Shown here piece after piece: positions 1 through 9,769 of a DNA stretch of 20,000 nucleotides. Under the pieces are notes generated by a model. That model made no database searches. It saw nothing but the letters and a program-made list of their open reading frames with translations, and was not told the origin of the DNA. The stretch comes from Chiloscyllium plagiosum (Eukaryota): NCBI RefSeq assembly GCF_004010195.1, contig NC_057753.1:11398164-11418163 (forward strand), in the 5' to 3' direction. The first letter of the stretch is position 1. Each line of letters starts with the position of its first letter. The position numbers and the translations under genes are program-made.

Positions 1-560
1 ACCCATCTCCACAACTTCCTCTGGCAACTTGTTCCACACACACAGATGAAAATGTTGTCCCTGAGGTCCCTTTTAAACCTTCTCCTTCTCACCTTAAAGA
101 TATGCCCTCTAGTTTTGGACTCCCCCATCTTGGGGAAAAAGACATTGGCTATTCACTCTCTCCATGCCCCTCATGATTTTATAAACCTCCATGAGGTCAT
201 CCCTCAGGCTCTGATGCTCCAGGGTGAAAAATCCCCAGCCACTCACTATAACTCAAAACCTCCAGTCCTAGCAACATCCCTGTAAATCTTTTGTGCATCG
301 TCTCAAGTTTAACAGGGTTCTTCCAAATGAATGGTGACCAACCTTCTGCACAGTCTCACCAATGTCCTGTACAGACACAACATGACATCCCAACTCCTAT
401 ACTCAAAACTGTGACCCATGAAAGCAAGCACTTTCTTGCTTTCACGTCTTCTCATGATTCCACTTTCAAGGAATTAAGCGAGTGCCCTTCTGGGACTATT
501 TGTTCAGCAACACTCTACAGGGCTCTACCATGCACTGTGTAAGTCTGTCCTGCTTAGTCT
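1..560 (-). mobile_element. CR1-clade (HER1-like) LINE 3' fragment, degraded
   Basis: Alignable by eye to ~9940-10510 (atgccctctagt, catgcccctcat, ccactttcaagga, tgttcagcaacact). Confidence 0.75.
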
Positions 561-639
561 TCTCCAATTTTCTTCCATTTTCCCACACAGCCTTGTCTTG
601 TTGACTTTGTCTGAGCAGAGTGAACACTTTCTCTTTTTC

Positions 640-870
640 ACAGCCTCATTAACACCCATACAATATCTCAATCGCTCCTTCACCATCGTTAGCAATCTAT
701 GCCTTTGGCTCTGGGTACTCTCACCGTGTGCTCCCCTCGCTCTTACTCCCCACTCGGTCTTCAGCATTTTCCAACCCCTTTCAGTTCTGAACAAGAGTGA
801 AATCAGACTCTAGACATTAACTGTTCCTTGCTCCACACACATTTCCTGATCTGAAGACTTCGTCCAGCAC
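640..870 (+). mobile_element. Old, diverged Penelope-like 3' end
   Basis: ctgaacaagagt...actctagacattaac resembles a decayed hammerhead. It is followed by a cctgatctgaagacttcgtccagca tail similar to the other pLTR copies. Confidence 0.4.
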
Positions 871-871
871 A

Positions 872-1285
872 CAAGGATAGAAATGTCAGTATCTATTTCT
901 CCAAATGTCATGTTTGATTTGCCCATGACACATTCCTTGAATTTGGAGTGTTCAATTGTAGTGTTTAATTAGGGTCCATCAAAAGCTTGTCTTGTCCTAG
1001 TGCAGAACCAACTCAACTGACTGAACAAGCTGCACAGTTCTCTGTAAGCTCTTTAGATGTGACATCCTCTCTCTCTCGTTAATCCAAACGAGGACTACAG
1101 AGACAGGAAGTACCATTCTCTCTAAACACTATTGCTGATCCACAGTTATTCCAGACTTACATGCGTAACATCTAAACCTAAATAGTTAATGTTCCTCAGC
1201 CTGAACTCCCACAAAGTATAGAATGGCTTCAGCACAGAAGGAACATGCTCTACTGGAATGATGTCTGTTCTTAAATTCCACATTA
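872..1285 (+). repeat. Unclassified element downstream of ZNF-A; inverted paralog of 18790-19307
   Basis: Colinear exact anchors of 11-16 bp (listed in the findings). Confidence 0.8.
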
Positions 1286-1377
1286 AGTTTATTATTGTAT
1301 TAATCTGTTATAAATGCTGTATGTTTTTGAAAGGCACAGAGAGGCATATTTCTTCTGGAACCCTATTAGAGATTTCT

Positions 1378-1740
1378 GATCACAGAATCATACAGTACAG
1401 AAAAGGCTCTTTGGCCCATCAAGTCTGTAATACCAAGAATATATTATCACTTACACTAGAGTCATGGAGCTGTACAGCATGGAACCAGACCCTTTGGTGT
1501 CCAAAACTAGAGGGCATAGATTGAAGGTGGGCGAGGAAGGGGACCTAAGGGACAACGTTTTCACACAGAGTCGTGCTTGTATGGAATGTCCTGCCAGAGG
1601 AAGTGGTGGAAGCTGGTACAATTACATTTCAAAGGCATCTGGATGGATACATGCATTGACAGAGATATGAGTCAAATGGGACAAGATTAATTTAGGATAT
1701 CTGGACCATGTTGGACTGTGTCTGTGCTGCACAGCTCTAT
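1378..1740. mobile_element. CR1 LINE 3'-end fragments (inverted tails, then a plus-strand 3' end)
   Basis: KTRGHRLKV-type motif at ~1503 and tail cagctctatg at ~1740. Reverse tails at ~1378 and ~1459. Confidence 0.7.
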
Positions 1741-3120
1741 GGTGGGGACATAACCTATACCCACATTCCCCCCTCCATCCTACCACTTGTGTGGCTCAGA
1801 CCCTGGGAACATCAGTGGGTCAGCAGACCCTAACAATTTCTAAATACCCCCAGGCATTTCTCGCAAAAGCCACTTGGATTGTAAGCTGTCGTCAGAAACT
1901 TTAGTTTTCCTTTTTGTCCGACCTTCAGCACTGGACAAGCACGGTCTGTTCCCGTCGTGGGATCGTGTTCATATAGCGACCAAAATCAGTGAGTGGTGAA
2001 AATAGCCTCTTTATTCAGCAACTACAAGGAGTACAAGTTTGTGGTGGTGATGGACTCCTGAAATACCGTCCTTACAGCAGCCTCTTTACACACAGTTCTG
2101 ACATATATTAAAATTCTATCACTCTGGAGTTACATTGTTTTATCTATTGTACACAGAGGCTTGGGTGACGTCTGTCCTGGGGAAACAGAAGATGGTTTAA
2201 ACGTGTGCTAAATACTGCCTGCTACTCCCAATAGGATTGAGAGTGTCTGTGTGGTCTGCTGCATAATTCAAAGGAGTTAGTCCTTTTGTCTTTTAAGTTA
2301 GCAAATGTCAGTAAAAAAATCCTGGGCCTGTATGATCTAAATACATTAGAGATTGTACCTTCACTGAATAAAAGAATAAAGGATATTAAACAGCTTACCC
2401 CGGCTGGATTGTTTACTATTTGCCAGCATGAATTTCATTCATTTATGCAATTTCATGGAAGCACAGTCTAAGTTTCTTAAAGAGGATAGTGGCTACGAGT
2501 TGGAGAAAACGTTTGATGTTCTGTATCTATTCGGGTCCCGAGAGATGGATGGTAAGGGCCGATTAATATTATAATCGTTTGTGGAGACTTGGTGGTGCTT
2601 TGAATATGTTCTGATATTAAGTTATTCAGAGTTAGCTTTTGACGTAGAAATAGACCTAAACACTGCTTGTAACAAGAGGTGATAAGGATTGAAGGTGTGA
2701 AAAAGCAGGAATGAGTTGAAAAGAGTATTTTAATTTAGTCTATCTTGCAATAGTAAAATATACTACAAAAGTACAGTTTTATGAATGAAGGAATAAAACC
2801 GCGTTATAGGAAGGAGTTATGAATGAAGAAATGTGGTGTTATTAGATAATGAGCTATTGTCAGCAAGTTAGTAAAGACCGATGTAAATATAAAGTGTTTG
2901 TGAGTGGGTTAGCAAGAGACCTATAATACAATATCTCACACCATGTTACCGTCCTGACAGCTTTGCGGGGAAGGGAGTAACTGGAGCCAATCTTAACATG
3001 GGGTAGATTTCTTCATAGAGTCAAACATGACCGTTATACACCTCCACTGCATGTTCCAAATTAGTAAGTGTGTCCTAATCGGTCCTCAACTGACCAGTGA
3101 ATGTATGCCCTCTTGAATAC

Positions 3121-4034
<914 letters not shown>

Positions 4035-4042
<8 letters not shown>

Positions 4043-5132
4043 TGTGGACCCGCTGGTGTTTCTGCAGGACGGAGGACTGAGTGAACCCCTTCCCGCACAC
4101 GGAGCAGGTGAACGGCCTCTCCCCAGTGTGGACCCGCTGGTGTCTCTGCAGGTTGGAGGACTGAGTGAACCCCTTCCCGCACACCGAGCAGGTGAACGGC
4201 CTCTCCCTGGTGTGGACCCGCTGGTGTTTCTGCAGGGCAGATGAATGGGTGAACCCCTTCCCACACACGGAACACGTGAACGGCCACTCCCCGGTGTGGA
4301 GGTGCTGATGTGTCAGCAGATCGGACGAATTAGTGAACCCCTTCCCACACAGTGAGCAGGTGAACGGCCTCTCCCCACCGTGGACCCACTGGTGCTTCTG
4401 CAGGTTGGAGAACTGAGTGAACCCCTTCCTGCAGACAGAGCAGGTGAATGGCCTCTCCCTGGTGTGGACCCGCTCGTGTCTCCGCAGGGCAAATGAACGG
4501 GTGAAGCCCTTCCCGCACGCAGAGCACGTGAACGGCCACTCCCCAGTGTGGAGGTGCTGGTGCATCAGCAGGTCGGATGAATTAGTAAATCCCCTCCCGC
4601 ATATGGAGCAGGTGAATGGCCTCTCCCTGGTGTGGACAAGCTGGTGTTTCCACAGGGCGGATGAATTGGTGAAGCCCTTCCTGCACACAGAGCAGGGGAA
4701 AGGTCTCTCCCCGCTGTGTACCCACTGGTGGGTCAGCAGTTTAGATGACTGAGTGAACCCCTTCCCACACTCAGAGCAGGTGAATGGCTTCTCTCCTGTG
4801 TGGACCCGCTGGTGCGTCTGCAGGTTGCCCATTCGCGTGAACCCCTTCCCACACACTGAGCAGATGAACGGCTTCTCCCCCGTGTGGATCCGCTGGTGTG
4901 ACTGCAGATGGCCAATCTGACTGAATCCCTTCCCGCACACGGAGCAGGTGAATGGCTTCTCCCCAGTGTGGACCCGCTGGTGTCTATGCAGGGTGGATGA
5001 GTTGGTGAAGCCCTTCCCGCACACAGAGCAGGGGAACGGTCTCTCCCTAGTGTGACCGCACCGATGGCATTCAAGCAACGACAGCAATTCAAATTCCTTC
5101 CCACAGTCCCCACATTTCCACGGTTTCTCCAT
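4035..5132 (-). CDS. ZNF-A: tandem C2H2 (Kruppel-type) zinc-finger protein, 365 aa, 13 fingers, no KRAB/SCAN/BTB domain visible
   Basis: Uninterrupted ORF from ATG 5132 (gtgATGG, good Kozak context; [12 protein letters not shown]) with 13 consecutive C-x2-C-x12-H-x3-H units and TGE(K/R)P-type linkers. The TGA stop (4037-4035) lies inside a Penelope-like insertion. The ORF-track start at 5168 is a TTG. Confidence 0.9.
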
Positions 5133-5475
5133 CACGTGGGAATCCTCGTCTCTCTCCAGCTTCGACAATCAGTTGAAAGACTACTCACCCACACAATGTG
5201 TTCTGTCTCTTGCTGCTGCGAATGGGGTGTTGCTATTTCAGACTGCGTAACCGATTGAAGCTCTTCCCACAGTCAGTTCACTGGGACACTCTCAGTCAGG
5301 TCTGTGTGCCTCAGTCTCACTGATATTTGAAACCTTTCGAAGCAGGCAGGACAGAAGAGAATTAAAAAATCCTGCAAGATTCAAAGGCTGATGAGACTCC
5401 CGTGCCAATGAATTGATTGTCTCTATCGGATCTTGTTTTGAGATTTCTGGCTGCAATTCCTTCCTTTCTCGTATC
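5133..5475 (-). pseudogene. 5' part of ZNF-A exon 2: relic N-terminal linker and ~3 degenerate fingers (now 5'UTR/uORF)
   Basis: Acceptor ctccttttacAG at 5477-5476. Broken frames read FCPACFERFQ, Q*TDCGKSFNRLRSLK*QH and [13 protein letters not shown] ahead of MEKPWK. Confidence 0.7.
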
Positions 5476-5699
5476 CTGTAAAAGGAGATTACACAAGATA
5501 GAAACTCCAAAACAGACAGTTCTGGTTCTTGTGGAACGTTCTTTCTCCTCTCCTTCCCTCAAAATTGTGGATCTCAACACTACAGTTTCCCTCCATTCTC
5601 ACTCTGCTGTTCCTATTACTGCCCCACTCCAAATTCTCCTAAAAATACTGAAAAATGTTGACTGACAGTTCTTTGCTTGCATCGTCCTGCCCTGAACAC

Positions 5700-6085
5700 A
5701 GTTTGTCACAGATTGGACCATTCAGCTCATGGGGTTTGCTCTGCAATTCCTTAAGATCATGTCTGTTCTGCTGTGGCCTTATCTCCATTTCCGACCGGTT
5801 CTCCATACCCTTCCATCTCCCTGTCACTCAAAACTATGTTCAATTCAGCCTTGAATACTTTCCATGAACCAGTCTCCATTACTCTTGGTGGGGGAGCATT
5901 CCACCAGCTAACAAGAGAGAATAAATTGCTCATTTCCACCAGATATGGGAGAGCCCTTATTTTTAATCTGTGTCAGTGAGTTCGAGATTCTCTAACAAAG
6001 AAGTATTTTAACCAAATCTGTCCTGACAAGCCCCCCTCAGAATTCTATTAGTTTAAATAAGGTCACCTCTCAGTCATCTAAACCC
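5700..6085 (-). mobile_element. Diverged CR1-like LINE 3' fragment in ZNF-A intron 1
   Basis: Motifs ggaccattcagc, gcattccacc and aaataaggtcacctctcagt are shared with the other CR1 copies. Confidence 0.55.
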
Positions 6086-6099
6086 AAGGACTAGAGACT

Positions 6100-6492
6100 C
6101 ATCTGCCATAAGGAAAGGGTGGGACCTTTTTCACTGGAGCATAGGAGATGAGCGGGCACCTGATAGAAGTTTATAAAATAATGAGGTACAGATGCAGTTG
6201 ATGGGTGCTTTCTCTTCCCTAGAATGGGGCATTTCAAGACTGGGTGGCACATTTTTCAGGTTTTTAAAAAACATAGATGGTTCATGTGTGGTTTGAAATT
6301 CCCAAGGAAGAGGTGGGATACGGGTACAACTGCAACATTTAAAAGTAATTTGGATAGGGGATTGATTAGGAAAGGATTGGAGGTATAAAGGCCAGGAGCA
6401 TGCAGGTGAGGACGAGTTAGTTTGGGATCATGTTGAGCATGGACTGGTTGGATTGAAGATTCTGTTTCTATGGTGTATGACTATGACTCTAC
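6100..6492 (+). mobile_element. CR1 LINE 3' end
   Basis: GLFSLE/LIEVYKIM-like motif and a tgtatgactatgactct tail. Confidence 0.75.
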
Positions 6493-6721
6493 AACTGTAC
6501 TGCCAAGCAGCTAGTGATAATATGCCATCCTGTTAAATGTTAACCATCTCCTGGGGAAGACAGCCCCTTTCATTGACAGCATTAACCAAACAAATGAATC
6601 GATCAAGTTAAGGAAGCGAAGCCTGTCAATGTCTACAATAGAGAGACCAAATCAACCGTTGTTTAGATCAGAGTGTTGCTGGAAAAGCACAGCAGGTCAG
6701 GCAGCATCCGAGGATCAGGAA

Positions 6722-6757
6722 AATCGAAGTTTCGGGCAAAGGTCCTTCATCAGGAAG
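6722..6757 (-). ncRNA. Degenerate hammerhead motif
   Basis: CUGAUGA-A-GGAC(CUUU)GCCC-GAAAC-UUC, with a stem II mismatch and GUC changed to UUC. Confidence 0.5.
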
Positions 6758-6786
6758 AGAGGGGGGCGGAGATGACGACCTGGGGG

Positions 6787-6790
<4 letters not shown>

Positions 6791-6821
<31 letters not shown>

Positions 6822-6833
6822 AAGAAAGAGAGA
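6791..6833 (+). repeat. (GA)n/(GAAA)n microsatellite
   Basis: Read directly from the sequence. Confidence 0.95.
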
Positions 6834-6985
6834 CTTCTTCAAGGCAGGCATCCTTGCAAGAGGATTCGCAGTAGGGTTAAAATCAACTAGGTAAAAACAA
6901 GGATTGCAGATGCTGGAAACCAGAGTCTGGATCAGAGTGGTGCTGGAAAAGCACAGCAGGTCAGGCAGCATCCGAGGGGCAGGAA

Positions 6986-7020
6986 AATCGACGTTTCGGG
7001 TAAAAGCCCTTCAATCAGGA
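6986..7020 (-). ncRNA. Degenerate hammerhead motif
   Basis: CUGAUUGA-A-GGG(CUUUUA)CCC-GAAAC-GUC, with an extra U in the core. Confidence 0.5.
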
Positions 7021-7138
7021 AGATGCAGGAAGACCAAGTCAACCGTCCGAGCCTGCCCTCTCCCTGTATTCATTTGCTTTCAATTCATGAAAATGAGCAT
7101 TTTAAGCCCAGGCTGAGAACAGAGAGTGCTGTGCTCAC

Positions 7139-7220
7139 CGATGTTGGACAGAGGAAGTAAGTTGCAGTCTGGGGTGAGGCTCAATCTTCATTCAGAGAGA
7201 GAGGAGCAGCAGCAGCTCAT
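7139..7220 (-). other. Putative exon 1 of ZNF-A (ATG 7191, donor GTGAGC at 7138; 5' boundary approximate)
   Basis: Closely similar to the reverse complement of 13130-13240. Encodes MKIEPHPRLQLTSSVQH followed by a phase-2 GT donor. Confidence 0.7.
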
Positions 7221-7500
7221 GTTCCAACTTCCGCATTCAGGCAATGGGTGGCTCTGATTGGCAGGAGGACCAGATTACTTCTGGTCCTCCGAGGATTGGC
7301 AATTGGCTCACAATGGTCTTGTGTGACGCACGGGCGGTTGGCCATTAGGAGGGCAAGCGGTTTGGTACACGGGCTCGTCACTGGCCGGCTCCGTGAAGCC
7401 CCCGCCCCTTACCGTTGACGTCACAATGCGGATGCAGCCCTGTCAGTTTCAGAGTGAAACTCCGCCCCCTCTGGGCAACATCTGGGAGCAAAGCAATGTC
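7221..7500 (-). promoter_or_regulatory. CpG-rich TATA-less promoter of ZNF-A
   Basis: CCAAT boxes (ATTGG at 7257, 7295, 7302), GC box at 7400-7408, CRE TGACGTCA at 7416-7423 and local CpG enrichment. Homologous to 12850-13110. Confidence 0.7.
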
Positions 7501-7556
7501 TCCCCCCTTTTCCACTCCTCATCCTGGGAGGAAACACTGTTCATTTGTAGCAGCTC

Positions 7557-7645
7557 GGTAAAAACAATGACTGCAGATGCTGGAAACCAGAATCTGGATC
7601 AGAGTGGTGCTGGAAAAGCACAGCAGGTCAGGCAGCATCCAAGGG
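7557..7645 (-). mobile_element. Penelope pseudo-LTR fragment
   Basis: Near-identical to 6890-6975 (gtaaaaacaa..gcagatgctggaaaccag..gcagcatcc). Confidence 0.75.
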
Positions 7646-7659
7646 AGAGTATTAATGCA

Positions 7660-8818
7660 GTTGTTGAACTGCATCCGCTGCAGCCGGTGTGGCCTCCTCT
7701 ATATTGGGGAGACAGGCCGCCTACTTGCGGAGCGATTCAGAGAGCACCTCTGGGCCACCCGGACGAACCAACCCAACCACCCTGTGGCACAGCATTTCAA
7801 CTCCCCCTCCCACTCCACCGAGGATATGCAGGTCATTGGACTCATCCACCGCCAAACCACAACAACCCGACGGTCGGAGGAGGAGCGTCTTATCTTCCGA
7901 CTGGGAACCCCCCAACCGCAGGGGATGAACTTGGACTTCACCAGTTTCTTCATCCCCCCTCCCCCCACCTTGTCTCAGCCGGATCCTTCCAGCCCGGCAC
8001 CGCCTTCCTGACCTGCAGTCTTCTTCTTGACCTCTCCGCCTCCACCCTACTCCGACCTATCACCCTCACCTTGACCTCTTTCCACCTATCACATTTCCAA
8101 CGCCCCTCCTCCAAGCCCCTCCTCCCTACCTTTTATCTTCTCCTGCTGAACACTCTCTGCTCATTCCTGAAGAAGGGCCTGTGCCCGAAACGTCGAATCT
8201 CCTGTTCCCTGGATGCTGCCTGACCTGCTGTGCTGTTCCAGCAATAAAGTTTCAACTTTGATATNNNNNNNNNNNNNNNNNNNNNNNNNNNNNNNNNNNN
8301 NNNNNNNNNNNNNNNNNNNNNNNNNNNNNNNNNNNNNNNNNNNNNNNNNNNNNNNNNNNNNNNNNNNNNNNNNNNNNNNNNNNNNNNNNNNNNNNNNNNN
8401 NNNNNNNNNNNNNNNNNNNNNNNNNNNNNNNNNNNNNNNNNNNNNNNNNNNNNNNNNNNNNNNNNNNNNNNNNNNNNNNNNNNNNNNNNNNNNNNNNNNN
8501 NNNNNNNNNNNNNNNNNNNNNNNNNNNNNNNNNNNNNNNNNNNNNNNNNNNNNNNNNNNNNNNNNNNNNNNNNNNNNNNNNNNNNNNNNNNNNNNNNNNN
8601 NNNNNNNNNNNNNNNNNNNNNNNNNNNNNNNNNNNNNNNNNNNNNNNNNNNNNNNNNNNNNNNNNNNNNNNNNNNNNNNNNNNNNNNNNNNNNNNNNNNN
8701 NNNNNNNNNNNNNNNNGTCGAATCTCCTGTTCCCTGGATGCTGCCTGACCTGCTATGCTGTTCCAGCAATAAAGTTTCAACTTTGATCTCCAGCATCTGC
8801 AGACCTCACTTTCTCCTC
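7660..8818 (+). mobile_element. 5'-truncated Penelope-like retroelement (GIY-YIG C-terminus plus pLTR), spanning an assembly gap
   Basis: Translates to CIRCSRCGLLYIGETGRLLAERFREHL..HPVAQHFNSPSHS..EEERLIFRLGTPQPQGMN. Perfect 14-bp TSD AGAGTATTAATGCA at 7646-7659 and 8819-8832. Confidence 0.9.
8163..8198 (+). ncRNA. Minimal type I hammerhead ribozyme motif (Penelope-associated)
   Basis: AUUC-CUGAAGA-A-GGGC(CUGU)GCCC-GAAA-C-GUC-GAAU: stem I AUUC/GAAU, both core boxes, a 4-bp stem II, palindromic ACGU in place of stem III, and a GUC cleavage triplet at 8192-8194. There is one extra A after the CUGANGA box. Confidence 0.7.
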
Positions 8819-9064
8819 AGAGTATTAATGCAAGGGAAGTGAGATTCTCGCTCACAAGGTTTTCAGATCCTCGTGGCATTTATCAGGACTGGAACTTGAG
8901 AAGAGTCGGAGATATGTCTAGTGTTATTCAATGGTTCAATATTCAATGTGCTATTCGTGGTTCTCTAAGATTCGGTTATGATTATTTGTTGTAATATTGT
9001 ATTGTAGCTATGTCACATATTTCTAATTATACTATTATTGAAGGGGATGGTAAGTGGGCATTGG

Positions 9065-9270
9065 ACAGAGAGCCACAGAGATGTCCAACATGGAAACAGA
9101 TCCTTTGGTCTAACTCGTTCACGCTGACCAGATATTCTGGATAAATCTGGTCCCATTTGCCTGCACTTGTCCCATATCCCTCTAAACGCTTGCTAAGTCG
9201 TACACCCATCCAGATGCCTTTTTAATGTTGTAATTGTACCAACCTCCACTATTTATCTGGCAGATCACTC
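9065..9270 (-). mobile_element. CR1 LINE 3' end
   Basis: Similar to 9775-9960. Confidence 0.7.
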
Positions 9271-9294
9271 TGTATACATTGAGTATATTCATCA

Positions 9295-9432
9295 TGAGGG
9301 AAGAAGCGATTTCTGAACCTGTTGGTGTGTGCGTTCAAGATCCTGTATCTTCTGCCTGACCGAAGAGGTTGTAAGAGGGCAGTACCAGAGTGGGAGGGGA
9401 CTTTGATGATGTTGGCAACCTTTCTGCGGCAA
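9295..9432 (-). mobile_element. Rex1/Babar-like LINE fragment
   Basis: Translates to RKVANIIKVPSH..LRSGRRYRIL..TNRFRNRFFP. Similar to 11270-11410. Confidence 0.65.
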
Positions 9433-9627
9433 CATTGGTCACATCCTGACAACGAGGGCCTACACATTATCCCTGTTTCGGGTTGTCAACCCTGCCAGTA
9501 ATTTGTTCTCAGTTTTGTGGGCTTGGACTCTACGTTAGCAGCCTCTCAGAGACTTTATCAAATGCCTTCTGAACATACATATATACAACATACATAGACA
9601 TTCCCCAATGCAGCACCTTAGCCACCT

Positions 9628-9765
9628 AGGGCATCACAGTAGCTCAGCACTGCCACTCACAGCACCAGGGCCCCAGGTTTGATCCCACTCTCAGGCGATT
9701 GTGCACATTCTCCTGTGTCTGTGTGGGCTTCCTCCGAGAGGTCAAAGTTTCTCCCAGAGTCCAAG
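9628..9765 (+). mobile_element. HE1/V-SINE 5' part, interrupted by a CR1 insertion
   Basis: tRNA-like head and V-core (ttctcctgtgtctgtgtgggcttcctcc). It appears to resume at ~10680 (tggccttgctaaattg). Confidence 0.65.
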
Positions 9766-9769
9766 GTGG

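Larger units (their letters stand above)
6660..7030 (-). mobile_element. Non-autonomous Penelope-derived element with two tandem terminal-repeat copies, each with a hammerhead-like motif
   Basis: 6665-6757 repeats 6930-7020. Internal (GA)n tract. 16-bp TSD AGACCAA(A/G)TCAACCGT at 6644-6659 and 7031-7046. Confidence 0.8.

Noticed and set aside
5278..5280. Shared TGA at a finger Cys position as possible selenocysteine recoding (also 16386-16388)
   Set aside because: The surrounding frames have further stops and frameshifts and I see no SECIS element. A shared ancestral nonsense mutation is simpler.
7393..8223. 276-aa and 144-aa plus-strand ORFs
   Set aside because: They are chimeric read-through of promoter, inverted pLTR and Penelope sequence. 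Only the GIY-YIG fragment is meaningful, and it is 5'-truncated.
7557..8818. Inverted pLTR at 7557-7645 as the 5' inverted repeat of the adjacent Penelope copy
   Set aside because: It lies outside the 14-bp TSD and matches the 6890-6975 variant rather than the 8200-8264 variant, so it is probably a separate insertion.
8133..8842. ORFs with long X runs (also 14867-15213)
   Set aside because: They are artefacts of N gaps.
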